Origin: Candidatus Levyibacteriota bacterium
GTDB taxonomy: Bacteria > Patescibacteriota > Microgenomatia > Levybacterales > GWA1-39-11
Assembly: GCA_030645455.1 (NCBI GenBank)
Contig: JAUSNA010000018.1
Span: 1 to 54,423 of the forward strand
Direction of reading: 5' to 3'
Length of the DNA stretch: 54,423 nucleotides
This document shows, one piece after another, positions 25,571-34,274 of the stretch (position 1 is its first letter; every line of letters starts with the position of its first letter). A program made the translations under genes and the position numbers. The notes under the pieces were generated by a model. That model searched no databases and had not been told where the DNA came from. It saw only the letters and a program-made list of their open reading frames with translations.

Positions 25571-26371
25571 TTATAGAGTTGCCAAACTTTGACCAATTTG
25601 GTTATGTAATTTTTCAGCTTCAGCTTTTGCAGCTGCCGCAAAATCCTCACCATTTGACGCAAAAATAATTCCACGAGACGAACTTATCAAGAAATTTTTC
25701 TGCACAGCTTTCACCGTTTCCTCAACGTCTCCACCCTGAGCACCCACTCCTGGAATAAGAATCGGGATACTGCCATCGATATTTCTAACCTTCAAAAGTT
25801 CCTCCGGGTAAGTCGCTCCAACTACAAGTCCAACGTTACCATTTTGATTCCAATTTACAGAGACCTTCTGAGCAACCGCTTGATAAAGAGGAATATCATT
25901 TGACAGTATATCCTGAAATTCCCCTGCTCCGGGATTTGAAGTTCTGCATAAAACAAATACCCCTTTATCTTTTTTTTGTAAAAAAGGCTCTAGTGCTTCA
26001 CGACCCAAATATGGATGAACGGTAATTGCATCTGAGTAAAGATAATCAAATGCAAATTTTACGTAACCCTCATTAGTATTTCCGATATCTGCTCTTTTTG
26101 CATCAAGAATAACTACAATTTCTGGATATTTTGACTTTATATATTCAGTTGTTTTTTGTAATTGTTCAATGCCCTTAACACCTAGTGCCTCGTAAAAAGC
26201 GGAATTGGGCTTATATGCGGCAACCAGATCACCGGTCGCATCCACTATCTCTTTGTTAAATTCAAAAAAATTGTTAACGCCCCGGGGGAGTTTTTCAGAT
26301 ACAGGATCGAGGCCAATACAAACAAACTTATTTTCGGTCCACTTTTTTTGAAGCTTTGATATAAAATCCAT
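25571..26371 (-). CDS. pyrF: orotidine 5'-phosphate decarboxylase (type 2)
   Basis: 266 aa. FVCIGLDP, LDAKRADIGNT, and PGVGAQGG phosphate-binding loop. Confidence 0.9.
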   Translation of the reverse strand: MDFISKLQKKWTENKFVCIGLDPVSEKLPRGVNNFFEFNKEIVDATGDLVAAYKPNSAFYEALGVKGIEQLQKTTEYIKSKYPEIVVILDAKRADIGNTNEGYVKFAFDYLYSDAITVHPYLGREALEPFLQKKDKGVFVLCRTSNPGAGEFQDILSNDIPLYQAVAQKVSVNWNQNGNVGLVVGATYPEELLKVRNIDGSIPILIPGVGAQGGDVEETVKAVQKNFLISSSRGIIFASNGEDFAAAAKAEAEKLHNQIGQSLATL

Positions 26372-26378
26372 GCCCTAT

Positions 26379-26402
26379 AAAAAAACTGCCAGTTGGCAGT
26401 CC
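26379..26402 (-). terminator. intrinsic terminator 7 nt upstream of the pyrF start codon
   Basis: Minus-strand RNA reads GG-ACUGCC-AACU-GGCAGU-U7, then AUAGGGC-AUG(pyrF). It lies 36 nt downstream of the YtxH-like gene stop. Confidence 0.6.
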
Positions 26403-26437
26403 TTATTCTACAACCTGCGAACATCAATCCACAAGGT

Positions 26438-26734
26438 CTACTTCTTTCGAATTCCCCTAAATAGTCTGCGCCTAACAGGCTCGGGCTTTGGGGATTCTGT
26501 TTTTTGAGATTGCGCTTTTTCGACATCAACCTCACCACTCATCATCTCTTCCTCATCATCGTTAAGTATGGTCTCGATGTCATCCATATTGATGGTATTT
26601 CCAACATACTCGAGTCCATAGTCTGCGATATCCTTAAGAATTTTACGCCCTTTTTTTGTGCTAAGCAGAGCTCCAATAGCACCACCAATGATAAGTCCTA
26701 CCAGAAGTCCGCTTGGTCCCTTTTTTTCTTGCAT
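26438..26734 (-). CDS. YtxH-like protein
   Basis: 98 aa. N-terminal glycine-zipper helix GLLVGLIIGGAIGALLSTKKGRK, acidic middle, basic C-terminus. Confidence 0.7.
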   Translation of the reverse strand: MQEKKGPSGLLVGLIIGGAIGALLSTKKGRKILKDIADYGLEYVGNTINMDDIETILNDDEEEMMSGEVDVEKAQSQKTESPKPEPVRRRLFRGIRKK

Positions 26735-26735
26735 G

Positions 26736-26999
26736 TCATTCCTTCTTTCTTTTGAATAATGAGATTATACTTGCAATTGACCCTAAAGCTGACGCTCCAC
26801 CAAACATATTCGTAAAAGAATTGAGAGAATTCGTGACGTTATCGGAAACATTTTCAGCATCTTCAAGGATATTATTGGTGCGTCTGATTGTCTGACGAAG
26901 ATCACGGAGTATGTAAAAAACCTGAATACCAAGAATTACAAAGAGAATAGTAAGAAGTACGATAACGAATAAAAGAACAGCCTGGACAGTATCTATCAT
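26736..26999 (-). CDS. DUF948-like small membrane protein
   Basis: 87 aa. One N-terminal TM helix followed by a helical region. It sits 1 nt upstream of the YtxH-like gene, a pairing common in Firmicutes. Confidence 0.55.
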   Translation of the reverse strand: MIDTVQAVLLFVIVLLTILFVILGIQVFYILRDLRQTIRRTNNILEDAENVSDNVTNSLNSFTNMFGGASALGSIASIISLFKRKKE

Positions 27000-27084
27000 A
27001 GTTTAACAAACGTACCACGTGAAAATTTTAAAATCAATATAACAAAGTATATAGAAGATGAGAAAAGTACTGCACTCTGAGGTT

Positions 27085-27093
27085 TGATATACT
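27085..27093 (+). promoter_or_regulatory. extended -10 element 7 nt upstream of the ABC ATPase start (leaderless candidate)
   Basis: TGaTATACT at 27085-27093, then TAATTTT, then ATG 27101. No SD. Confidence 0.35.
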
Positions 27094-27100
27094 TAATTTT

Positions 27101-28021
27101 ATGTCTGTACTAAAAGTTGACGACTTAACAAAAAAATTTGGACAATTTGTAGCAGTTAACGATATTTCATTTGAACTTGAGGAAGGTGAAATACTGGGCT
27201 TCTTAGGTCCGAATGGTGCCGGAAAAACGACTACACTGCAAATGCTAGTTGGTTCACTGACCCCGACATCAGGCGAAATTACCTATTTTGGAAAATCGCT
27301 TTTCAAAAAACGTGAGGAAATTTTAGATCAGATTAATTACTCTACAACCTACACTAGTCTTCCCTGGAATTTATCAGTAAAAGAAAACCTTACCTTCATC
27401 TCATATCTATATACTATCTCTAACCGGAAAAAGAGACTTGGTGAAATAATCGAAATCTTTAAATTGCAAGACTTACTGAAGCAAACAGTAGGGAGTCTTT
27501 CTGCGGGACAAAAAACCAGAGTCAATCTCGCAAAATCATTCCTAAACTATCCAAAAGTGCTTCTTCTCGATGAACCAACTGCCTCACTTGATCCGGATAT
27601 AGCAAAATATTTACGTGATTTTATTCTCGAAGAAAGAAAAGAATATAAAGTTTCGATCCTGTTTACTTCTCACAATATGAAAGAAGTGGAAGAAATTTGC
27701 GATAGAGTGATCTTTATAAATGGAGGCTCAATTATTTCAAATGATACTCCGATAAATCTTGCGAAGAAAATCAATATGACTCAAATAGAGCTTCTCCCGG
27801 AAAATCCAAAACAATTAACCGATTTTTGCTTAGTAAATAAAAATAAATATACTCAGACTAAAAAATACGTAACAATTTCCTTGGAAGAACATGAAATACC
27901 TAAATTTCTACAACAACTTGCCGAAAACAAGATCCTTTATTATGAAATCAGCATTAATAAGCCAACGCTGGAAGACTATTTTCTGAAAGCATCAAAAGGA
28001 GGATTCGATGAAACCACATAG
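27101..28021 (+). CDS. ABC transporter ATP-binding protein (ABC-2/DrrA-like)
   Basis: 306 aa. Walker A GPNGAGKTT, signature LSAGQKTR, Walker B LLLDEPTASLD, H-loop TSHNM. Confidence 0.9.
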   Translation: MSVLKVDDLTKKFGQFVAVNDISFELEEGEILGFLGPNGAGKTTTLQMLVGSLTPTSGEITYFGKSLFKKREEILDQINYSTTYTSLPWNLSVKENLTFISYLYTISNRKKRLGEIIEIFKLQDLLKQTVGSLSAGQKTRVNLAKSFLNYPKVLLLDEPTASLDPDIAKYLRDFILEERKEYKVSILFTSHNMKEVEEICDRVIFINGGSIISNDTPINLAKKINMTQIELLPENPKQLTDFCLVNKNKYTQTKKYVTISLEEHEIPKFLQQLAENKILYYEISINKPTLEDYFLKASKGGFDETT

Positions 28022-28793
28022 AATATTTGCAATTTTTTTAAGACATATATTTAATTTTAGACGCAGTTTTGACAGACTCAGCGATGCATTTTACTGGCCT
28101 ACAATCGACCTTATTATATGGGGTCTTACAAGCTCCTATTTTGTTTCCCTTGCACCAAATACAGGAAAGGTCATGCTGGCAGTAATTGGTGGAATAATCT
28201 TTTGGGTTATTCCCTGGAGAGCGCAATACGAAATTACCGTAAATGTATTAGTAGAGCTATGGGATAAAAATCTAACAAATATTTTTGTTGCTCCTCTAAA
28301 ATTTTCAGAATGGATAACTTCTCTTATTTTAGTTGGATTAGCAAAAGCGCTAGTAAGCGTTGCTTTCGCAGCATTAGTTGCCTATGTTCTTTATAAGGTA
28401 AATATATTTTCGTATGGATTTTACCTTCTCCCATTCCTTTTTCTTTTACTCATGTTTGGGTGGTGGGTTGGTTTTTTGGTTGCAGCAATTCTTATGCGCT
28501 ATGGCTCCCGGGTGCAAACACTTGCTTGGACAGTAACGTGGGCGGCAGCTCCATTCTCTGCAATATATTTTCCTGTTTCAATCCTACCGGATTGGGCGCA
28601 ACTCATTGCCCGGGCTCTTCCCTCAAGTTACGTTTTTGAAGGAGGAAGACAAGTCATCTTTGAACACACACTTAATTGGAGTTACGTTTGGATAAGTCTC
28701 TTTCTAAATATTTTATATCTTACAATCTCGATTGTTTTATTTAGAAATAGCTTCAAAAAAGCTCTTGAAAGGGGACTGCAAGGAATTAATTAA
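28008..28793 (+). CDS. ABC-2 type transporter permease
   Basis: 261 aa with six hydrophobic helices. 14-nt overlap with the ATPase gene. Confidence 0.8.
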   Translation: MKPHRIFAIFLRHIFNFRRSFDRLSDAFYWPTIDLIIWGLTSSYFVSLAPNTGKVMLAVIGGIIFWVIPWRAQYEITVNVLVELWDKNLTNIFVAPLKFSEWITSLILVGLAKALVSVAFAALVAYVLYKVNIFSYGFYLLPFLFLLLMFGWWVGFLVAAILMRYGSRVQTLAWTVTWAAAPFSAIYFPVSILPDWAQLIARALPSSYVFEGGRQVIFEHTLNWSYVWISLFLNILYLTISIVLFRNSFKKALERGLQGIN

Positions 28794-29416
28794 CGCACTG
28801 ATACGTGAATTGTTTTTCTTGTATTCTTCCCGTTCCTGTTCTTTGAATCAATAGTAATTTGCCGTTCTCCTTCAAAGAGATATAGTGTTTTTCTAAATGT
28901 GCCATCAAGCTGCACATACGATTCTTCGTTATTAATAAGAACCGTTGCATACGGATCGGTCTTTCCTGCAACTTCAACAATATTATTTTTAACAACTGTA
29001 TTATTTTTAGGCTCTACTATCTCAAGCCGTGGTCCGAAAAAATAAGAACTATACTGAAAAGCTATATAGCCCAAAATTGCAAGAACAGTAAGCCCTATTA
29101 CAAAATTTCGTGGAGTGAAAATAACAATCCTTCTTATTGTCTTGTCTTTACTCTTAAAAGTTGGGAGTATCTTTCCCTGTACTCCTTCGTATTCGCGCCT
29201 GAATAACGCAGCAGCCTTATTCTTATCCACACCGATATATGTGGCATAATTCTTAATAAAACCCAATGCGTAACTCTCCGACGGAAGGGCGTCGTAACGG
29301 CCGTCTTCAATTGCCATCAGAAATTGTTTTTTTATTTTTGTTGCTTTTACAACTGTTTCGAGGCTATAACCGCGCTCCAATCGGGCATCTTTAAGAATTT
29401 CGGATATTTTACGCAT
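28790..29416 (-). CDS. RodZ-like cytoskeleton-associated protein (HTH domain, TM helix, extracytoplasmic beta domain)
   Basis: 208 aa. N-terminal XRE-type HTH (LKDARLERGYSLETVVKATKIKKQFLMAIEDGRYDALPSESYALGFIKNYA), one TM helix, C-terminal domain. Confidence 0.7.
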   Translation of the reverse strand: MRKISEILKDARLERGYSLETVVKATKIKKQFLMAIEDGRYDALPSESYALGFIKNYATYIGVDKNKAAALFRREYEGVQGKILPTFKSKDKTIRRIVIFTPRNFVIGLTVLAILGYIAFQYSSYFFGPRLEIVEPKNNTVVKNNIVEVAGKTDPYATVLINNEESYVQLDGTFRKTLYLFEGERQITIDSKNRNGKNTRKTIHVSVR

Positions 29417-29498
29417 AATAATAACAAAATATTGCTAAATTGTTCTATTGTTAAAATGAATTGTTTGGAAGTTTTTAGCAATGAAGCAATCTAACAAT

Positions 29499-31676
29499 TT
29501 ATATTTCCTCTGATGCAACTGGACCATTTAAAAATTCGTCTGCATTTCTGACCAGTACGTCACGGGGCTTTGATCCATCAGCGGGTCCGACAACTCCTGC
29601 CTCTTCAAGTTGCTCCAAAAGGCGGGCGGCTCGGTTGAACCCGATCTGAAGTCTCCTTTGTAAGAGAGATGCTGACGCACGATCGTGCTGAGTGATCATC
29701 CTAACCGCCTGGTCAAATAGCTCATCATGTCCACCATCCCCACCTACACCTGTCGCCATAATTCCACCCCTTCCTTTAATATTAACAGCCTGTTCTATAA
29801 CTTCAGATGTATATTCAACAGGAATCCCCTTAGATTTAATGAAATTAACGAGTCTCTTGACATCCTGGTCGCTTACAAATGTACCCTGAATTCTTGTAGG
29901 TTTTGCCTGATCCGGAGGGACATATAGCATGTCTCCTTTTCCAAGCAATTTTTCGGCACCCGGTCCGTCAATAATAACTTTAGAGTCGATACCGGACGAA
30001 ACATTAAATGCAATACGGCACGGAATATTGGCTTTAATAAGTCCGGTAATAACATCAACCGATGGACGCTGCGTTGCCAAAACCAAATGAATACCGGTTG
30101 CTCTGGCCATCTGGGCGAGACGGGCTATACTGTCCTCAACCTCAACGGGAGCCAAAGCCATAAGGTCCGCCAATTCGTCCATAACAATTACAATATAGGG
30201 AATTGCCTGAAATCCTGCGAGTTCATTATAACTGTCGATATTTTTAACTCCTGCTTCTGCAAATTTTGAGTACCTCTTATCCATTTCCTTAAGCGCCCAC
30301 TTAAGAGCGGAAACAGACTGATCTGCCTCAACTATTACGGGAGATAAAAGATGAGGAATACCGTTATATCCTGTTAACTCAACTCTTTTAGGATCGATCA
30401 TGATAAATTTTACCTCAGATGGAGACGCTCTGAATAAAATTGATGAAATAAATGCATTTACCATAACCGATTTTCCCGAACCGGTCGTACCTGCTATTAA
30501 TGTGTGCGGCATTTTAGTAATATCGGCAACAATCGGATCTCCCGATACATTAAGTCCCAAGGGCACCGCAAGTTTTGATTTGGTTTCCTGCATTTTTTTG
30601 GACTCAAGCATTGTCCGGAGAGAAACAAATTCCAATGACTTATTTGGTATCTCTATCCCAACCAAATTACGGCCAGGAATTGGAGCCTCAATTCTAATTT
30701 GCCCTCCAGGAGCTTCCGTATTAAGCGCCAAATCATTGGATAGGGTTGTTATTTTCGTAAGTTTTGTACCTTGAGGTATACGGATGGCGTATTGTGTGAC
30801 AGACGGACCAACATTTATCTCGGCAACTTGTGCTTTTACATTAAAACTTTGCAATGTGCTCTCAATTGTCGCAGCAATTCTCTTAACATCTCCCGTATCT
30901 CGCTTTTTCTCCTTGTTCTCGGCAAGAAGTGAAAATGGGGGATATTCCCACATACCCATCTCTAACTGTTTGTTAAGAATCATTTCTTCAGGTAGAACAC
31001 CTTTTCTAGCAGGAGGCATAAGAGGTGCTGCTGACTTTGCAGGAGTTGTAACAGTTTCGACCTTTGCCTCCGAAATTTTCAGGTCATCATCCAATCCCTT
31101 TATTTTCATAGGCTGCATATCGGTTGCAAATTTATCTTTTGTTTTGAGAAGTGGCACAACACCTTTCCCCACTCCACTTCCCGCCCCCTTCAACGTGGAA
31201 AAAATAAACATTCCAATTTCTGTAAAAGACATATTCATGCAAACCACAAAACCAATAAATGCACCTAAAGCAAAAAGTAATACGGTGAGAAGTGATCCAA
31301 GGATATTACTGATATAAAAGAATAAATCGTGCCCTACCATTCCGCTTTGGAACAATCCTAAAATAGAAATGGTAAATACTATAAATCCGATTGAAATATT
31401 TGGTCGGGACAGACTATTTTTCATTTGCAGAATAAAAAGCGCGACCAATATGCAAACGACTGGTATCAGAAAGGAGAAAAATCCAAAGAAATTAATCAAA
31501 AAATCATTGAGCTGTATGAGGGCCGAACCGCTCCTTGTATATGAAAGGGCACTTGCAATAGCTAAAAACACTAAAGCAATTGCTGAAAGCGTATAAACCG
31601 TTCCTTTCCGAAGCTTAAAACCTCCGCTTCTTCTTTTATATGTACCTCTTTTTTTTGCTTTTCTTTTCTTTGCCAT
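29499..31676 (-). CDS. ftsK: DNA translocase FtsK
   Basis: 725 aa. Four N-terminal TM helices, Walker A GTTGSGKSV, Walker B IVIVMDELADLM, C-terminal gamma winged helix ASASLLQRRLQIGFNRAARLLEQLEEAGVVGP. Confidence 0.93.
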   Translation of the reverse strand: MAKKRKAKKRGTYKRRSGGFKLRKGTVYTLSAIALVFLAIASALSYTRSGSALIQLNDFLINFFGFFSFLIPVVCILVALFILQMKNSLSRPNISIGFIVFTISILGLFQSGMVGHDLFFYISNILGSLLTVLLFALGAFIGFVVCMNMSFTEIGMFIFSTLKGAGSGVGKGVVPLLKTKDKFATDMQPMKIKGLDDDLKISEAKVETVTTPAKSAAPLMPPARKGVLPEEMILNKQLEMGMWEYPPFSLLAENKEKKRDTGDVKRIAATIESTLQSFNVKAQVAEINVGPSVTQYAIRIPQGTKLTKITTLSNDLALNTEAPGGQIRIEAPIPGRNLVGIEIPNKSLEFVSLRTMLESKKMQETKSKLAVPLGLNVSGDPIVADITKMPHTLIAGTTGSGKSVMVNAFISSILFRASPSEVKFIMIDPKRVELTGYNGIPHLLSPVIVEADQSVSALKWALKEMDKRYSKFAEAGVKNIDSYNELAGFQAIPYIVIVMDELADLMALAPVEVEDSIARLAQMARATGIHLVLATQRPSVDVITGLIKANIPCRIAFNVSSGIDSKVIIDGPGAEKLLGKGDMLYVPPDQAKPTRIQGTFVSDQDVKRLVNFIKSKGIPVEYTSEVIEQAVNIKGRGGIMATGVGGDGGHDELFDQAVRMITQHDRASASLLQRRLQIGFNRAARLLEQLEEAGVVGPADGSKPRDVLVRNADEFLNGPVASEEI

Positions 31677-31788
31677 AAATTAATTTGTATCGAAGCAATA
31701 CTTGCCCATAGATGACCCATTATAGCAATAACCAAGCTTTATATTCCAATTCCCAAAAACGGTTTTAACAATACCCAAAGGCTATACC

Positions 31789-33507
31789 CTATTTATTCCA
31801 AGCCATTGACCGGTATTCCTCGATGCACCTGTGTGTATTAAAATATGCACCCAAAGTGATAGCGTGCTTCATTCTGCTTATCCAATCCTTCTTGTTGTTG
31901 TAGTAGAGTGGGATAATCTCATTTTGCAATTTATTATACATATCATCAATATCCTGCTTGTCATCATTTGCAGGACTAACACTTGTATCCATTGGCCCAA
32001 TTGAAAATCCCGACTCGGTATCCATTTTATATCCCTCAATCCACCATCCGTCTAATACTGAGAAATTCAAAACTCCATTCATGGCAGCCTTCATACCGCT
32101 TGTTCCTGATGCTTCAAGCGGTCGCCTTGGGGTATTTAGCCACACATCCGACCCGCGCACTAATTGACGGGCAATAAGTGGTGAGTAATTTTCCAGATAC
32201 ACAACTTTTATTCGTCCCCGTAATTGTTTTGAGATATCTATGATCTGCTTTACAAAATTTTTTGCTCCTTCATCTCCTGGAGCAGCTTTCCCACACTGGA
32301 TGATTTGAAGCTTTCCTTCCCCAATTGACAAGAGTCTTTCAAGATCCGAATACAACAAAAGCGGACGCTTGTATGGAACAAGTCTTCGGGCTAAAGAAAT
32401 AGTTAGGATATCTATATCAAATTGTTCAGGCTCGGGAGGATTTTCTCGCTCCTCAACACTGCTGACAGAGGTCAAGTGGTTGTTAACATGATCCAGCAAT
32501 TTTCTTTTTTCCGCTTGGTGCGCACGCCACAATTCATCATCCGGTATCTTCTCAACTGCCTCAGATAAAACTTTTGGGTCCTGGAACCATTCGGGTATAA
32601 ACTTGTCATATAAATTCGCAAGCTCTGTACCTACCCAAGTCCTGTGATGAACCCCATTTGTAATTGAATTTATCTTAAATTGAGGAAACATCGCAGAGCT
32701 TACCTCCCCGTGTTTTTGTGATACACCAAAAATATAGTGACTCTCTGACATACCAAGTATTGTCATATGCAATTCTTTTTCGCTAGCGATTTTTTTAATA
32801 TGCCAAGGCAGAATATCCCCGGCCACTTTATGCGCATAGTCATAATCAAATCTGTCATGACCTTCAGGAATCGGTGTGTGCGTTGTAAAAACACATAGTT
32901 TTTTTACTTGCTCATCGTCAAAATTCTTCTCTTGCAAAAGACCAAGCGGAACAAATGAAGCATGCCCCTCATTCATGTGGAACGTTTTTACATCATGATA
33001 GCCCAATTGTCTCAACATCTTGACTCCTCCAACACCTAAAAGAACCTCTTGTGCCAACCTCACATTGCCTTCATATAACGATTTAGTGAGACTTCTTGCA
33101 TAATCAGAGTTATCAAGAAAATCGGTATCTAAAAGATACACCGGTACAACAAATCCTGTTGATCCTACAAAATCATATCTCCAAACACCAACTATCACTT
33201 TTTCGTTTTGAATTGTGATCTCAATCCGTTCAGGAAGTTTTGTGAGCTGGTCATTTTTGTGCCACACGAGTGCTTCGTAATTCTGAGATCCGTCGGAAGA
33301 GATAATTTGTCTGTATGTCCTGTCGTTATATACTAGTGAAACTCCAACAACCGGAACCTCCATGTCAGCGCATGACCGGAGAAGATCACCTGCCAAAATC
33401 CCAAGTCCGCCGGCATAAGTCGGAATATCCGACTCAAGCATTATTTCCATGGAAAAGTACGCACACTCAAGTGGCGATCTTGAAATATTCATAGGCAGTA
33501 GAATCAT
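31789..33507 (-). CDS. glgP: alpha-glucan (glycogen/maltodextrin) phosphorylase, GT35 short form
   Basis: 572 aa. AYFSMEI...YAGGLGILAGD at the N-terminus and the PLP-lysine block EASGTSGMKAAMNG. The start may instead be M6 (33492). Confidence 0.9.
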   Translation of the reverse strand: MILLPMNISRSPLECAYFSMEIMLESDIPTYAGGLGILAGDLLRSCADMEVPVVGVSLVYNDRTYRQIISSDGSQNYEALVWHKNDQLTKLPERIEITIQNEKVIVGVWRYDFVGSTGFVVPVYLLDTDFLDNSDYARSLTKSLYEGNVRLAQEVLLGVGGVKMLRQLGYHDVKTFHMNEGHASFVPLGLLQEKNFDDEQVKKLCVFTTHTPIPEGHDRFDYDYAHKVAGDILPWHIKKIASEKELHMTILGMSESHYIFGVSQKHGEVSSAMFPQFKINSITNGVHHRTWVGTELANLYDKFIPEWFQDPKVLSEAVEKIPDDELWRAHQAEKRKLLDHVNNHLTSVSSVEERENPPEPEQFDIDILTISLARRLVPYKRPLLLYSDLERLLSIGEGKLQIIQCGKAAPGDEGAKNFVKQIIDISKQLRGRIKVVYLENYSPLIARQLVRGSDVWLNTPRRPLEASGTSGMKAAMNGVLNFSVLDGWWIEGYKMDTESGFSIGPMDTSVSPANDDKQDIDDMYNKLQNEIIPLYYNNKKDWISRMKHAITLGAYFNTHRCIEEYRSMAWNK

Positions 33508-33582
33508 TGTAAAGCATTTAAGTACAACTAAACAACTGTACTATCCCGAATTAATAACAACATGAATATAATTAACAAAAGT

Positions 33583-33588
33583 TATAAT
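33583..33588 (+). promoter_or_regulatory. TATAAT box 8 nt upstream of the HD-domain gene start (leaderless candidate)
   Basis: gtTATAATattgcattATG, with ATG at 33597. No SD. Confidence 0.3.
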
Positions 33589-33596
33589 ATTGCATT

Positions 33597-34247
33597 ATGA
33601 ATAATAAAAAAATATCAAGAATTCAAAAGTATGTTAAAGAAAAAATGGAGGGTGAATCAACCGGACACGATTGGTTTCATGTAGAAAGAGTCCTGAAGAC
33701 TTCACTTCTCATTGCAAAAAAAGAAGGGAAAGTGAATCTTTTTATAATAATAACAGCAGCCCTCCTGCATGACCTGGGAGATTGGAAAATTAATAACACC
33801 AATAAAACCGAGGAGGAAATTCTAGAAGAAACAATGAACAAATTTGAATTATCAGAATCCGAAAAAAAATCTATTAAAGAAATTATTTTAAATATGTCTT
33901 TTAGCAAAAATATCGACACCAAAAAAATCCTTAGCAAGGAGGGACAGATAGTCCAAGATGCAGATAGACTCGAAGCGTTGGGCGCTATTGGAATTGCAAG
34001 GGCTTTTGCTTATGGAGGCAAAAAGAACAGAGAAATTTACAACCCAAATATAAAACCAAAGTTTTTCAAGTCCATCAATGAATATAGAAACTCAGAAGGC
34101 CACACCATAAATCATTTTTACGAAAAACTTTTCAAAATCCGAAAAAATTTGAATACAAAAACAGCAAAAATGATAGCTTTAGAAAGAGAAAAATTTATGA
34201 AAACTTTTTTGAAAGAATTTTATGCCGAATGGGATGGAAAAGCATGA
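33597..34247 (+). CDS. HD-domain phosphohydrolase
   Basis: 216 aa. GHDWFHVERV and LLHDLGDW (the H...HD signature), plus DADRLEALGAIG. Confidence 0.8.
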   Translation: MNNKKISRIQKYVKEKMEGESTGHDWFHVERVLKTSLLIAKKEGKVNLFIIITAALLHDLGDWKINNTNKTEEEILEETMNKFELSESEKKSIKEIILNMSFSKNIDTKKILSKEGQIVQDADRLEALGAIGIARAFAYGGKKNREIYNPNIKPKFFKSINEYRNSEGHTINHFYEKLFKIRKNLNTKTAKMIALEREKFMKTFLKEFYAEWDGKA

Positions 34248-34274
34248 AATATAAATAACTCAGATCTCTAATCT

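Noticed and set aside
26245-26538. 97-aa minus-strand ORF spanning the pyrF start and the YtxH-like gene end
   Set aside because: It is out of frame with two well-supported genes and runs through the intrinsic terminator. No RBS.
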